From: Eledone cirrhosa
Lineage: Eukaryota
Assembly: GCA_964016885.1 (NCBI GenBank)
Contig: OZ024743.1
Location: 356,996,001 to 357,060,000 of the forward strand
Direction of reading: 5' to 3'
DNA length: 64,000 nt
A program made the position numbers and the translations under genes. This document shows, piece after piece, positions 13,478 to 29,102 of the stretch. How positions within the stretch are numbered: the first letter of the stretch is position 1; the number at the start of each line of letters is the position of its first letter. The notes under the pieces are model-generated. The model was not told the origin of the DNA, did not search any database, and saw only the letters and a program-made list of their open reading frames with translations.

Positions 13478-15464
13478 CAGTGCTGGCCATAAAATTAAAT
13501 AAACCTTCTTTGACCCGGTTGCTCCAGAGTGACCGCTGTTCAATGACAGAAAATAGTGAGATAAGCAAAGAGTAGATGGGATAATAATTTTCTACTTTTT
13601 GGGACAAGGCCACCAATTATTCCAATGCATTACTGCTACTTTATTTTATCGACCCCATAGGATGAGAGGCAAAGTTAACCTCGGCGGGATTTGATGGGTT
13701 AATAATGATTTCTAGTATACACACAAGGCCAGTAATTTGGGGGTGGGGGGTCGATTAAAACGACCCCAGTACGTTACTGGTGCTTTGTTCATCGACCCCG
13801 TAAGGATGAAAGGCAAAGCTAACCTCGACGGGATTTGAAATCAGAACATAAAAAAACGTAATTAAATGTAAAGCATTTCGTCGGACGCTCTACCGATTTT
13901 GCCAATCCACATCCCTTTGTATGATGATGCTGATGATAATAAAAAGTTCTAATTTAAGCAGAAGGCTAACGATTTGTGGCCAGATGAAGTCAATTACATT
14001 GACTCCAGTACTAAACTGGTACTATATCGACTTTAGAAGGACGATAGGTCGATTTTACCTTTTATTTTACCTGTGTCAATAAAATAAAGTATCTGTCCAG
14101 TGTAATCAACTTTCTTCTTCGCCAGAGTGACTGGCCATGTGTCTAAAGTAGAGATGCTGATGATGATAATAAAAATGAAAATGATATTGATCATTTATTT
14201 ACTGCTCTACTGTAGAAAATAAACAGGCAACAACTTGAAAAAGTTGTTGTTTAGCCCCCAAGTCTGACCCAGTAGAAACTGCAATGACTCCCTAGTGTTC
14301 GATTTTCAAAAAAATCGCACAATCTATATTTCATGGACAATCCCCTCCTCTTTAATTTTAGTAAGACGCTAAATAAAGAAAATTGCTTTCGATTGTCCAT
14401 ATAAAAGAAGTCATTTTTAGAATTGAAATTCATTGAAAGACACTTCGTGGAACTTCATTTTTTTTTTTTTCTACCTAACTCACCTAGATCCTCTACCGAA
14501 GGCAGTGAATTGACAGTGATTGCGCAGTCTCAGCTTAAACACCCCGGTATTTTTTCTGACTTATTGCAATCAGAGTTCAAACCTCACCGAGTTCAGCTTC
14601 CCGTTGATCCATTCCACTCACTGGCAAAAATGAGTTGTACCTATAATTCAAAGGGCCAGTCTTGTCACACCATGTGATACGCTGAATCTCCCTGAGAACT
14701 ACATTCAAGGTTCATGTGTCTGTGGAACACTCAGTCAATTTCGCGTTGAGCGGACTGTTCCGTTGATCAAATCACCTGGAACAATCGTCATCGGAACCGA
14801 ATGAGATTCAATACGCGTCATAAAACCAAAGTGCTGAAGTTCCATTTTGATCCAAATTCGTTATACTTCTAATTTTGAGGTTAATGACCACGAGCTTGCT
14901 CATTAAAAAGGTTCTTTCGTTGCTTGATCCTTCTTACTTTTTCTCCTTTCCCTTTTCTTTTTTCTTCTTCCTTTTCTGTTCTCTTTAGTAGTGTCTTTTG
15001 TTTTCATTAAATACTGCTCAAATATTTTATATAATGTCAATGGCCTTTCATGGAGTTGTGAGATTTTGTATATTGAATAATTGTACTGCCTTACAAATAT
15101 ATATATATAAAGTTAACATCAATTAATAGCTTTAAAAAATGATCATAATAATATTAACAACACCTCAGATCACTGCTCCAACACCGCCAGTACCATTTCA
15201 ACTACTTAGAATCATACATTAACACCACAACAACACCATCCCCTCAGCCGTACTAACTAGGGGACAACACAACCACATTATACACCATCTCAAGCCAACA
15301 AATAATCCACTATGCAGACATTCACTATGCTAGAAATAACTGCCAAATCATCCTCAAATCTTATCTCACTGTTGTTTTAGAAAAGAAGAATGGCGTTTGA
15401 TGATTTAGCCTTAGCTATACAATGTTTGAATGAACCTTTGGTCATTGGAGTGTTTGGTCTAAGA

Positions 15465-15794
15465 CATTGGTTCCCAACCAGGGGGCCATGGCCCACCAGT
15501 GGACCATAGCAAGTTATTGAGGGAGCCACGGGAATTAACTAAAAATCACAAAATGTTATACATAAAAAAGAAGAATAGTTTCCTAACATAATTTTTTCTT
15601 TTTCTTGCTTCAAATTTTTATATTTAATATCAACTTTCTACCTTTTCTAATTATGATTTTACTTCACAAATAAAAAGACATGCCAAAATTATTTCCACAT
15701 AAAAAAATTATATCAAAAATTTTAATTTGTGGGGGGTTTACTGTTTTGCTATATCATTAAGGTGGAATTTATTATAAAAGGTTGGGAACCGCTG
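15465..15794. mobile_element. hAT (Charlie-like) MITE
   Basis: TIR cattggttcccaacc / ggttgggaaccgctg; 8-bp TSD gtctaaga/atctaaga. Confidence 0.8.
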
Positions 15795-16389
15795 ATCTAA
15801 GATAAGCTGAGGTTAAATTTGAACGACCTGCTAGAAATAACAGCCACATTTCCTCACACTTGTTACCCTATAGCTTTAAATAATGAAAGACGTTGGCCTT
15901 GAAAAGACGAGATGGTCTTTCATCATAAATTTGCCTAATCAGAGCTGAGCAAGAGATAAACAACCACAACTACAATCCCAAACGAGGAGTACAATGAAAA
16001 AAATGGGGAAATTTTACATAATGAAAGCTATACCCATTTTCACAAAAAAGAGGAGATGGGGAAAAATAAGCCAAAACGGGGAGACCTCCCGTCGGCTGGG
16101 GAGAGTTGACAGATCTGCAACTATAATGATAATTTCTTTCATAGACATGAGGTCAAGAATGTTAGTGGTGTTAGTGGTGTTAGTTGATTAAATCAACCTA
16201 AGCCCTTCATCGACATTTTATTTTATCGACTAAGGAAGAATGAAAAGCAATGTTACCCTCGGCAATATTTAAACTCAGAATGTAATGGAGCGTGACTAAA
16301 TACTGTAAGGCATTCTGTCCATCGCGTTACACAGATTCTGTCAATTATAACAACCACAACAATAGCCCATCACCAACATAATCACCATG

Positions 16390-17330
16390 GCAACCAGAGT
16401 AAAACGTGCACTACGACAGTCAACACCATCACTACCACCACCACCACCATCAACACAACAACAACATTACCATCACTACCATCACCACAACGATCTCCAC
16501 AACAACAACACTGCCCATATCCATAATCACCACCACCACCACCACTACAACAACAATAACACTACTACAGCACCTCCACCACACTACCAAAACCACACCA
16601 CTACCACCACCGTCACACTACCAAAACCATCACACCACCTCCACCACCACCACTACCACCACCACCATCACACTACCAAAACCACACCACCACCACCATC
16701 ACTCTACCAAAACCACACCACCACCATCACACTACCAAAACCACACCACCACCACCACCACCACCGCCACCGTCACACTACCAAAACCACACCACCACCA
16801 CCATCACACTACCAAAACCACACCACCACCACCACCATCACACTACCAAAACCACACCACCACCACTGCTACCACACAACCACCACTGCTACCACCACCA
16901 AAACCACACAACCACCACCACTATCACATTACCAAAACCACACAACCACCACTGCTACCACACAACCACCACTGCTACCACCACCAAAACCACACCACCA
17001 CCACCACCACCACCACCGTCACACTACCAAAACCACACCACCACCACCATCACACTACCAAAACCACACAACCACCACTGCTACCACCACCAAAACCACA
17101 CAACCACCACCACCACTATCACAATACCAAAACCACACAACCACCGCCACCACCATCACACTACCACAGCCACACCACAACCACTACCAAAACCACACAA
17201 CCACCACCACTATCACAATACCAAAACCACACAACCACCGCCACCACCATCACACTACCACAGCCACACCACAACCACTACCAAAACCACACAACAACCA
17301 CCACCACCAGCAGCAGCAGCAGCAGCAGCC
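16390..17330. repeat. (CAC)-derived minisatellite (cacactaccaaaaccacaccacc)
   Basis: Direct tandem units. Confidence 0.9.
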
Positions 17331-17527
17331 AACAAAGTATCTCCACTCTATGTAGTACAGCCATGCTGTATAGTGTAATGTAGAGGATAATTGGGGATAT
17401 TACAGATCATTGTGTGATTTATAGCTTTATCTCACACTGGCTTCTAACTTCACTGCTGGCTAACTCGCTAACTCTTTCTATATATGTGTGTATGTGGGAG
17501 GAATATATGTTTGTGTGGGCGTGTGCG

Positions 17528-17562
<35 letters not shown>

Positions 17563-17646
17563 ATATACATATATATATATACACACACACATATGTATGT
17601 ATATATATATATGTATACACACACACACACACACATACACACACAT

Positions 17647-17691
<45 letters not shown>

Positions 17692-18574
17692 TACATTCAC
17701 AGACACACACATGTATGTATGCGTATATATATATATATACGCAGACACACACATGTATGTATGCGTATATATATATATATATATGCACACACACACACAC
17801 ACACATATATATGTGTGTGTGTGCATGGTGTGGAGTTAATATGCGTGTGTGGTGTATAATGAATGATGTAGAAAGGTATATATGTCAGTATGTGTTTTAA
17901 AGTATGTATATTTTATGTATGTATGCATGTATATGTATGTATGTTCACTGGTCCTTACTATTCTTTCAATCTCTCAGACTGACTAAACCTTATTCTCTAC
18001 CCCTTCTCTCCCTCTGCTCCCCTGCTGTGTCACTCATCTCCATTTCTCTCATCTTACTCCCACTCTTTAACTTGTTTTGTTTCCAACACCCTCGTCCCCC
18101 TATCTCTATCGTGTTCAATGGTATGTCCATTTCCTGCTTAAAACTGTGGTTGCTGCTGTTCTTATTTAACCATTTTGATACCAACCCACCAGAAATAGCC
18201 TTGGGTTTTTCCTAAGATACAACATTATCCGTTTTAAGGGTTCGTATTTGTATTAAAAGTCTAAAGTCTGTCTTAAGCCAGAAGGTTCGTTAAGCCGGTG
18301 CTTATCCCGGTTTCTTGGCGTGAAGCGACTGAGAGTACAAGACTTCCCTCTGGACAGGACGCCAGTCCATCGCAGGGTTAACCCCCCCCCCCAGCTATTG
18401 CTTGGTATTCATTTTCGGCTGAGTATACTGGAGCAACATGAAATGAAGTGTTTTGCTCAAGAACACAACACGCAACCCAGCCCAGGAATCGAAACCACGA
18501 CATTATGATTGTAACCAGATCCCCTCAATATTTAAAGGGTTTCCAATTATTATTATTGCTCTGTCGCTTTCCTT

Positions 18575-18815
18575 TAGCAGGGAAGGGCGATCAGTTTTCC
18601 TATGTCTTGTGGCTATAGCAAAAGAGGTTGTGTGGTGGACTAGACAGAAAGGCCTAAACACAAACACAGTCCTCTTCGATGGAGCTATCATCGACTTTTT
18701 TAAGTGCCACTTGGAAAGGTGGGTGAAAGTAGAGAGGGAGTTGTTCTCCTACGGTACATTTAACAAAAAGTGGGTGAAAGTAGCGAAAATGGTGAGAGCG
18801 AACAGGACTACAATA
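18575..18815 (+). mobile_element. Diverged 3' fragment of the same Tx1-like LINE family
   Basis: VFLCLVAIAKEVVWWTRQKGL...FFKCHL..VERE aligns with VFLCTVAMVKEVIWWTRLRGL...FFKYHF..VERE in ORF 9324-9638. Confidence 0.8.
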
Positions 18816-19059
18816 GTAAGGAGAGGACATACGCTCCTGGTGATCAAGGGGATTGTGGATCTGTGGGGTGGCTCGATTAATTAGCCTTAGGTATTCAGTT
18901 CTGTCGAACAGGAGGACTGAATGTCTCATATAATTGTATGCTAGGTATATAAGTCACCCCTCCTTCTTTCCTCTCATCTCTATGTAAAGCTCCACATTAA
19001 TGGTGTAACCTGTCTTCGCATCATCTCCATCTGATCCCATGTGGCAGATAAAAGAAATC

Positions 19060-19490
19060 ATCACCATTATTATTAAGGGTAGTGGATCGGCGGTATCAGT
19101 AGAGCGTTGGACACACGTGCTGTGTGGCATACAGTTACATCCCTTTACGTTCTGAGTTACAGGTAAAATATATCCGACAGGTTTCCACACAGTTTCCGTC
19201 TATCCGAGTTCAAATCTCGCCGAGGTTAACTTTTCCTTTCATCCTTACGGGGTCAATATAATAAAGTACCATAATCGACTTTCCCCTCCCCCCAAATTGT
19301 TGGCCTTGTGCCTCAAGTAGAAACAATTATTTTGGCTGAGTTGTTAGAGCGTTGGACAAAATGATATGGGGTGTTTAGTTACGGCGCTTTACGTTCTAAG
19401 TTTAAATCCTGCCGAAGTCAAGTTTGCCATTCATCTTCCAGGGATCGATAAAATATGTACCAATCTGGTACCGGAGTCGATAAAGTTGAC
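19060..19490 (+). mobile_element. Two degenerate SINE-A copies
   Basis: Same head, B-box and central motif. Confidence 0.7.
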
Positions 19491-20379
19491 TTCCTAAATA
19501 ATATGAAAGGACTTCGATGAAATATTTTCCCAGAGACGCCCATGCTTAATTCACCTCTGGTAGCATCAAGATCAAGTGTCTTTCTTGTAGCCTCGGGTCG
19601 ACCCAAGGCTACTGAGTGAAATCATACAGACGGAAACTATATAGAAGCCTGTCGGATAGAGTTTACCCTGTAACTCAAAGGTCCCATCCTTGTCAAATAC
19701 TGTGTCACACTGATTCTCTCGGAGAATTACGTTAAGAGTACTCGTGTCTCTGGAGTCCTATCAAAACTGACAAAGATCCAACACCAACAGCTTCCACCAT
19801 CACCGCCGGCGTATGTTCACCGTGTTCATCAACAAAATCTCTTGTTCACTCGATAGGCGATAAATTAGCAGAGTCATTAAAGTGTAAAACAAAATATATT
19901 GTGTTATTTGCTTCGGTTCTCTCCACTCTGAGTTCAAACCCTGCGCTGTTCTCATCTACGCAATCTAATATTCACTATTCGTTAGTTATAGTTGTTGCTG
20001 TTTTCTTGTTCTTATTTCGCTTAGGTCAACTTTGGTTTTCAGTATTTCGGGGTCAATAAAACAAAGCACCAGTTTTTGATGGTAGACATGACTGAATCGT
20101 TAGAGCGTCGGGTGAGAGGGATACCGAACAGTATTTATGGTAGGTGTTATAGATACGTGCTGTTCAGGACAATGTTACGTAAGCAAGAAAGGAGAGAGAA
20201 GAGATGGGATGCGAAGCATAGACGTGAAATAAGAGTGAGCTGAAAGAAATTAGAACAAAATACGCGATAACATTTGTTTAAAACGGTATACGTTGTGTTT
20301 TATTGCTTGTTTAGGTAAAGACAGAGAGTGTGGGGGTTAAAGTTAGAATGAATTAAGATCAGAATGAGAAGTAGTAGAA

Positions 20380-20698
20380 CGGGAGTGTGCAACATAGTCC
20401 ATTGGCGAGCCACTTTTGAACATTGGAACAACTATTAGGGCCATTAATATTTATTAAGCACTATTCTAAAGATTCACCACAACTTCTTTCCATAACATGG
20501 AACTGGGAAATTATAACACACATAACCCTATCAGTGAAGCCCTGTAGTATAGGTCAACTAACAGAAAATTGTATTACGGTTACGAAAACAGTCTAAATAA
20601 GCCTACAAGGTAAAAATTAGAAACAGTCATCGCAGGCTACTCTGACTGGTCTGGTGGGCCGGATTGTGGCCCGTTGGCCACCTGTTGCACGCCCCCTG
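20380..20698. mobile_element. hAT MITE
   Basis: Imperfect TIR cgggagtgtgcaaca / tgttgcacgccccctg; 8-bp TSD tagtagaa. Confidence 0.75.
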
Positions 20699-21453
20699 TA
20701 GTAGAATTGCCGTAAACGGACACGTGACAGCAAACTTGTTCTGGCTCTTTGCCTTCTGAGTTCAAATCTTGCTGTCACCTGCCTAGTTGGGTGGTAGGCT
20801 TAATCTGCCACCCGGTATAGCAGACACCTGGTTGTTGGATGGGTGTCTTTATAGAGTCTACTCTATTGCAAGCATTCAAGTCAGATTTCCAGCTTGAGGA
20901 TAATTTCCTTCCTCCATCTATACCCCCAATCACATGTGCCCCGAAAAGCGTCTTGGACATTACTTTTCTCTCCTGGCCAAACAGTGTTCACCATTTCAAT
21001 TAACTGGTATTGACCATTGTTAACTCATAGCTGCAGTTCTGTTTGTCTGCAATGGTGTATATTCTAATCTATCCCTATTAGAAATAGCAGCTAAATATCC
21101 TTCAAATAACCCTCTTACGTCTTAAAAAATAAAACTCTGGGAGAGAGGAAAAGGAAATATTAAACAATGTAGGACTAAATATGCAATAGGATGAGATACT
21201 CATTGCTAGAACGTCTTCCATGATATGTTTGTTCGATTAGAATACACAAGGTTGTCCCAAATCATCGATTATCTCCCATTTACTTCCTTGGTCACACAAG
21301 AGAGTGAATAGAAGGGAGAGCAACGATAGAACATATATAACATAGGAATACACACCCTTACCATCTCAAGAAAATAAAGTACTGCTCCTGTATCTAGAAT
21401 AGTGCTATTGTTGCTTATATTGACATATTAACTATAGGTATATTAGCTATGGT

Positions 21454-21720
21454 GGAAGCACGTGGCCTAGTGGTAAGGGTGTTGGACTTACGATCATAAC
21501 GTTGTGGGTTGATTCCTGGGTTGCGTGTTGTGTTCTTGAGCGTAATACTTCATTTCATGTTGCTCCAGGATGCTCAGCTGAAAATGAGTACCAGCAATAG
21601 CTGGGGGTTTAACTCTGCGATGGACTGGCGTCCTGTCCAGGGGAGAGTCTTGTACTCTCAGTTGCTTCACGCTATGAAACCGGGATGAGCCTTCTGGCTT
21701 AAGACAGACTTTAGACTTTT
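21454..21720 (+). mobile_element. tRNA-derived CORE-like SINE family B; relatives 12837-12960, 18257-18510(-), 46345-46680, 53832-54070, 59721-59938
   Basis: Head tggcctagtggtaag..., CORE-like tgtg(t/c)tcttgagc(a)ag(a)cactt; 12-bp TSD atattagctatg at 21440-21451 and 21723-21734. Confidence 0.85.
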
Positions 21721-21906
21721 AGATATTAGCTATGAGCTGATGATTTCAAACGAAGGAAACAGTTCTAGTTCTGTAGAAGTCATTTTTATACGAAATATCA
21801 AACACATACACACAGAGGGGAAAAAAACGAAATACGCAGGGCGAATGAACAAATGTGTTTACTTTCCTCATCAGCCACCCCCTGGCATGCAATTTCACAC
21901 ACATAT

Positions 21907-21940
<34 letters not shown>

Positions 21941-22096
21941 ATGCCACCTTACCCATCCTCTCTTCCGTTTACTTTATTATTCATTTGCTCTTAGTAATCT
22001 TTTGCTAATTCCCTTATTGCCTTTATCCTTCCGCCCTTCCCCTAACGTTTACCTTTAACGTTTCTTGCCACCCCTCCAATCTCCACTCCACTGAAT

Positions 22097-22127
<31 letters not shown>

Positions 22128-22176
22128 CATATATACATACATATGAATATATATATATATATACACATACATATGA

Positions 22177-22281
<105 letters not shown>

Positions 22282-22288
22282 TATATAT

Positions 22289-22334
<46 letters not shown>

Positions 22335-22372
22335 AAATATATATATATATATATATATCTAAATATATATAT

Positions 22373-22419
<47 letters not shown>

Positions 22420-22423
22420 CATA

Positions 22424-22470
<47 letters not shown>

Positions 22471-22517
22471 ACATACATATATATGTATATATACATACAT
22501 ATATATGTATACATACA

Positions 22518-22548
<31 letters not shown>

Positions 22549-22919
22549 CTAAATATATATTCCTCTCTTTTTTTCCTCTCTCTATGTGCTATCACACTTT
22601 CTACTCCCTCCCTCTACCTATATTCTCTCTCTCGTTGACTCTGACCACTCTCTAAGTAGGACCCCCGTACAGCAAGTTCTATAATTTATAGCTGTTTCCT
22701 GACATTCTAGATTCAAAGTTTGTCTGTGTATGTCTGTCTATGTACGGCTGTGTATGTGTGAGTGCGCATGCCTCGGTCAGTATGTGTGTGACAATGTTTG
22801 TGTGTGTTTCAAGGAGTGAGAGAGAGAGAGAGGGGGGGGGGGGAGTGGGTTATACAATTAACACAACATTCTATTTTCATTCACCACCCCCAGTCTACTG
22901 ATAAACAATTTCTTTTACT

Positions 22920-22989
22920 TCTCTCCCTCTCTCTCTCTCTTTCTCTCTTCACTCTCTCTTAACCCTCTCACTCTCTTTTCACTCACACG

Positions 22990-23021
<32 letters not shown>

Positions 23022-23179
23022 TCACTCTCTCTTAACTCTCTCACTCTCTTTTCACTCACACGCTCTCTCTCTCTTTCTCTCTTCACTCTCTCTTAACTCT
23101 CTCACTCTCTTTTCACTCACACGCGCTCTCTCTCTCTCTTTCTCTCTTAACTCTCTCTCACTCTCTTTTCACTCGCGCG

Positions 23180-23235
<56 letters not shown>

Positions 23236-24545
23236 TCACTCTCTCTTAACTCTCACTCTCTTTTCACTCACACGCTCTCTCTCTCTCACTCTCTCTCTCT
23301 CTCTTAACTCGCTCCCTCTCTTGCGTTTCTCTCCCTCGCTTTTCGCACTCTCTCTCTTTCGTTTCACCCCTCTCTCTCTTTCTCTTCTCTCAGCCATTCT
23401 CTATACCCTTTCTTTACTTATTTCTTTCATTCAGCTACACCCTCCATCTTTCCTTCACTCTTTCATTCCTCCATGACGCTCATTTACTCTCTCGCTCACT
23501 CTTCCCATCTCCCCCCACTCACTCTTCCCATCTCCCTCACTCACTCTTCCCATCTCCCCCACTCACTCTTCCCATCTCCCTCACTCACTCTTCCCATCTC
23601 CCTCACTCACTCTTCCCATCTCCCTCACTCACTCTTCCATCTCCCCCACTCACTCTTCCCATCTCCCTCACTCACTCTTCCCATCTCCCCCACTCACTCT
23701 TCCCATCTCCCTCACTCACTCTTCCCATCTCCCCCACTCACTCTTCCCATCTCCCCCACTCACTCTTCCCATCTCCCTCACTCACTCTTCCCATCTCCCC
23801 CACTCACTCTTCCCATCTCCCCTCACTCACTCATTCCCACATTCTCCCATTCACTCTCACTAATCACACATCTGTCATTCACTCTCTGTCATTCATTCTC
23901 TATCTCATCACCTCATTCATTCACTTCTCACATCTCTCTCACTCATTCCTCACATCTCTCTCACTCATTCCTCACATCTCTCTCACTCATTCCTCCTCAT
24001 CTCTCTCACTCATTCCTCCTCATCTCTCTCACTCATTCCTCCTCATCTCTCTCACTCATTCCTCACATCTCTCTCACTCATTCCTCCTCATCTCTCTCAC
24101 TCATTCCTCCTCATCTCTCTCACTCATTCCTCACATCTCTCTCACTCATTCCTCACATCTCTCTCACTCATTCCTCACATCTCTCTCACTCATTCCTCCT
24201 CATCTCTCTCACTCATTCCTCCTCATCTCTCTCACTCATTCCTCACATCTCTCTCACTCATTCCTCCTCATCTCTCTCACTCATTCCTCACATCTCTCTC
24301 ACTCATTCCTCACATCTCTCTCACTCATTCCTCCTCATCTCTCTCACTCATTCCTCCTCATCTCTCTCACTCATTCCTCCTCATCTCTCTCACTCATTCC
24401 TCACATCTCTCTCACTCATTCTTCACATCCCTCTCACTCATTCCTCACATCTCTCTCACTCATTCCTCACATCTCTCTCACTCAATCTTCACATCCCCCT
24501 CACTCAATCTTCACATCCCTCTCACTCATTCCTCACATCTCTCTC
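22920..24545. repeat. Three adjacent CT-rich minisatellite blocks
   Basis: ~22920-23330; ~23500-23830 (ctcactcttcccatctccc); ~23925-24545 (ctcattcctcacatctctctca). Confidence 0.9.
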
Positions 24546-25195
24546 AATCATTCTCTCCTCCCTCAATCTTTCTTATTTAAGTCTCTCGGCCATTGACCTC
24601 ATCTCTCTCTCTCTCTGTCTTCCCTCTCTTCCTCTCTCTCTCTATCTCCCCTCTCTTTCCTCCCCCCCCCCCCCTCTCTCATCCTTCCATCTTGTTCATT
24701 AACTCACTCATTCGCTCCCCGCACTTACCTATTTTTCTCTCTCTCTAAAAGCAACACTCCCCCCCCCCCTCCCCCCACACACAAACTCTCCCTCTCTGCC
24801 TCACACACCCCTATCTTTCCCTGTCCCTCTAAGAACAACAGCTAATAAATAAATAAATAAATAAATAAATAAAAAAAGGTGAATATAAACTTTAGAAAAG
24901 AAAGAAAGAAGCTGCCACAACCAGTCCGGGGAAGGAACCCGTATGTAGGTGAAATACCAAATAAATCAGAAAACGTCTATGTTTTTTATGTCCCTTGCTT
25001 GTCAAAGAAGTTTAGCATAACTCAGTTGTTTAGGGCCAACTTCAGCACTAGAATGAACAGTGTAGCAGTTAAAGACCGTTACCATTCCCAGAACAACTCT
25101 CAGAAGCATCGATGTCGGGAGGTTGTTCGGTTTACTTGATAGAAAGACAAACAGATGGTGGTTTTGTATAGAGACAGACAGATATATATATATAC

Positions 25196-25239
<44 letters not shown>

Positions 25240-25792
25240 TTTGAGAGAGACAAAAGACAGATGTATAGGTAGAAAGACAGGCAGACGGATTGGTTTAGAG
25301 CTAGACAAACAGATGTATGGGGGTAAAGAGATAGATAAATTATATAAATATATATATATATTGAGAAAGGGTGGGGGGGTGGGGGCGCAAATGGATTGGC
25401 AGTAATACAATCTCAGACATATACTGTATATGGGTCGCGAGAGACAGAGAGATTGGTATAGATAGACAAGCAGATAGGGTGGTATAGAGATGGCCAGACA
25501 AATATACATATATAGGCAGAGAGATAGGTAGATGTATGGGTAGATAGATAGATAGATATAGGGTGAGATAGGTAGGTTAGCTGAATAGAGAGATAAATAG
25601 AGCACACAAACTGTAAACTCCTAAACGCAAATACCTTTTTGGACAAACTCTAACATTCTTCTCACTTCACGTCATAATATCAAACCCCGAGTACAGACTA
25701 CTTGAAAACAGGGCAACCGGTCCTTCACGAAGGCTCGAAATCTTGGGCCACTTTATACACACACACACACACACACTCTCTCTCTCTCTCAC

Positions 25793-25826
<34 letters not shown>

Positions 25827-25989
25827 CTATCCCCTTCTCGCTCTACCATTCAGCTTGTCTTAGACTATTCTCATCTCCAACTCTACCACACCACCTGTTT
25901 CTCCACACACACACACACATACATGCACACGTTCACCTCTCTATCTCCCCCCCCTCTCCCTTTCCGTATCAATCATCTCCCCCCCCTCT

Positions 25990-26311
25990 CTCTCTCTCTC
26001 CCTCTCTCCCATTCCTCTACCAATCATCCCCCTCTCTCCTATTTCACTGCCAATCATCTCTCTCTCTCTCCCCCTCTCTCCCATTCCTCTAGTAATCACC
26101 CCCTCTCTCCTATTTCACTGCCAATCATCTCTCTCTCTCTCCCCCTCTCTCCCATTCCTCTACCAATCAACCCCCTCTCTCCTATTTCACTGCCAATCAT
26201 CTCTCTCTCTCTCTCACCCCCTCTCTCCTATTTCACTACCAATCATCTCTCTCTCTCCCCCTCTCTCCCATTCCTCTACCAATCACCTCCCTCTCTCCTA
26301 TTTCACTGCCA

Positions 26312-26371
<60 letters not shown>

Positions 26372-26500
26372 TCTCACATTCCTCTACCAATCACCCCCCT
26401 CTCTCCTATTTCACTGCCAATCATCTCTCTCTCTCTCCCCCTCTCTCCCATTCCTCTACCAATCACCTCCCTCTCTCCTATTTCACTGCCAATCATCCTC
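25990..26500. repeat. Two-subunit CT-rich minisatellite
   Basis: Alternating cccattcctctaccaatca and ctatttcactgccaatca units. Confidence 0.85.
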
Positions 26501-28390
26501 TCCCCCTTCTAGTATATCTTATACAACACAATTTAGGAACATAATCGCTTTCTTTGTGCCTTTTTTTCTTTACTTTCAGTATTTATGTTTTCCTTTGACC
26601 CTTTCTTTCTCTTTCACCCCACCCTCTATTTCTCTCTCTCACTGTCCATGTCTGTCTGCCCCCCCCCCCCCCTCTCTCTCTGTCCATGCCTGTCTCTTGA
26701 CCTATATATCTGTCTATGTCTCTCCATTATCTATTTGTCTATCTCTTTACCAATATATCTATCTGCCTGTCTATCTCTATCATTATCTGGATTTCATTTA
26801 CGACTTACTGTCTCTTCCTCTCTCTCTCTTATATCCATTCTATTTAGCCAGTTCTGTCAATGCTAGAAACAGTAGTCTATTCTCCTTCAACTTAGTGTTG
26901 TTAAACAAAATAAAGGACACGTTGGATAATGTGTCTTGGGTTCTCTGCGCATGGGTAAAAGACGGGATAATCTTAGCTTGAATGCCTTTGACTACAAGTC
27001 TGCTTAATCAGGGTTGTCCTGGGGCTAAACAAAAAATATTAACACTAGATTCTTTATATTTTAATCAATCTCTCTCTCTACTTACCTAGATACCTACTCA
27101 TTACATTATTTTTTTTTCTTACAGTTTTTCTCCCCCCCCCCCCCTACCATTGTCTTCCGTTTCTATGTATCTCTTTTTATTTCTCTCGGCGTCCATGGAA
27201 TACAGTTGACTTAGACGGGATTTGAACTCAAACCGTATTGGGAAGGATATAAAATAATTGTTTCTGATTTAGGCACGAGTCCAACAATTTTGGAGTGAAG
27301 GGGAAGTCGAATAAAGCGACACGAGTGTGTGTTACTGGTACTTTATGTTATCGACCCCGCAAGAACTAATACTTCCTTCAGTACGTTTTCTGCCAGCAAT
27401 GTCTGCATATGTTGTTGTTGTTATTGTTGTTGCTTAACTCCAAGTTAGCTCGGGTAGAGCAGACCTATGATAGAAATTTCATCCATGACCATCCCGTTTC
27501 TTTATGTCTATACAGGACATCATCATCAAGTGTTCCCTTCTTAGACGGTCGAGTATGATTAACTTAAGAAAGATTGAACTACTATTTATGTGTAGCGAGA
27601 CTACATAGAGGACTCACATACCACCTGCTTGTTCGTTGGTCAAGTATAATATATATTTCTGGGTAGAGTTGTCGTATGGTTGAGTCAATTGACTGGATTA
27701 TATTTTATCGACCCAGAAAACAGTGGCAATATATATGCAACATGCATTTCATCATTCTTGGGTCGATAAAATAAAGTACCAGTCATATACTGAGGGCGAT
27801 GCCACGACTTTCCCCATCATGCCCTTGTGCCTAAATTAGAAATTAATATATATGAGACACCCAACTGGACCCAGCACCTTCTCTGACCGACTATACCATA
27901 AACTGACATGTCAATACTCCTCGTCCGACGGGGAGATTTGCAATAGGCTTTGGGGTGGGTGAGAGAAGTCTTTTTTTGTGAAAATGGGTATAGCTTTCAT
28001 TATATAAAATGTTCCCATTTTGCCTTATTTCTCCCCGTTTTGGGGTACTTTTTTTCATGGTACTCCCAGTTCGGGTTTTTAGAGGTTGGTGGGTCTACAT
28101 AAAGGATGCAATTGGTTCGCACATTCCGGCAGCATTTCTTCGCAGAACAATCGGGGAACAACATTTCTAAACAATATATACATTCTTATTTTTTTACCTG
28201 TTTCAGTCATTAGACTACGGCCATGTTGGGGTACAGTCATTAAGGGATTTAGTACTCTCCCCCCCCCCACACACACACACATACAATAAAGGTAGCGATC
28301 GGTCATCAGCACGGCACAACTTCAAATCGGGCCGTTTGTTTACAAACGAATCGAGCATTATTATTAATGTTCGATATAACCCATACGTAC

Positions 28391-28450
<60 letters not shown>

Positions 28451-29102
28451 TGTGTGTGTGTATGTGTGTGTACGTGTGCATACTTACATTTATGTATGCG
28501 GTGTGCTAGGGTGAGAAATAAAATTCTAATTCTTTCTCTCTCCCCCCCCCCCCCCCCCCTTAAGGTATTAATACTTCATCCTTCATTGCTTTTGTTTTCT
28601 TTTTCTCTTCTTTTTTTCAGTAATCATTTTGTCTTCCTTTCTTTCTCCACACTTCACAATATCTATAGACACAGACATGACTGTATGGTTAAGAAGTTCG
28701 ATTCGAAACCACCTGCTTTGAGATTCAGTTCCATTGTGTAGCACTTTGGAGAAATGATTTCTGTAGCTTAAACCTAAACCTATAGTCCTGGGATGACCAT
28801 TGTCCTGTGAGATATTTTGGATGCAGTTTCCATCTTGCAGAAACTTACTGTATATCGAGGCTGGCTCTCCATCGCTTTCGACGACGATTGTTCCAGTTGT
28901 TTGAACAATGAAACAGTTTGCTCGCGATATTAACGTGGCTGATCATTCCACAGGCACGTGTGCTGTTAACGTAGTTCTCAGAGAGACTCGGTATGACACA
29001 CAGAGTGATAAGGCTGGTCCTTTGAATCCCGTGTACAACGTTTTTTGTTGTTGTTGTTTTTTTGTCAGCTGAGTGGACACAACGTGCCGCCATGAAACGA
29101 AG

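Noticed and set aside
16387-17383. His/Thr/Pro-rich ORFs
   Set aside because: CAC minisatellite open in two frames; no non-repetitive coding context.
24910-25140. Unique-looking segment with a possible minus-strand splice acceptor
   Set aside because: No recognisable protein or convincing donor; needs RNA-seq.
23473-26981. ~410-aa Ser/Leu/His ORFs
   Set aside because: CT-rich minisatellite translations.
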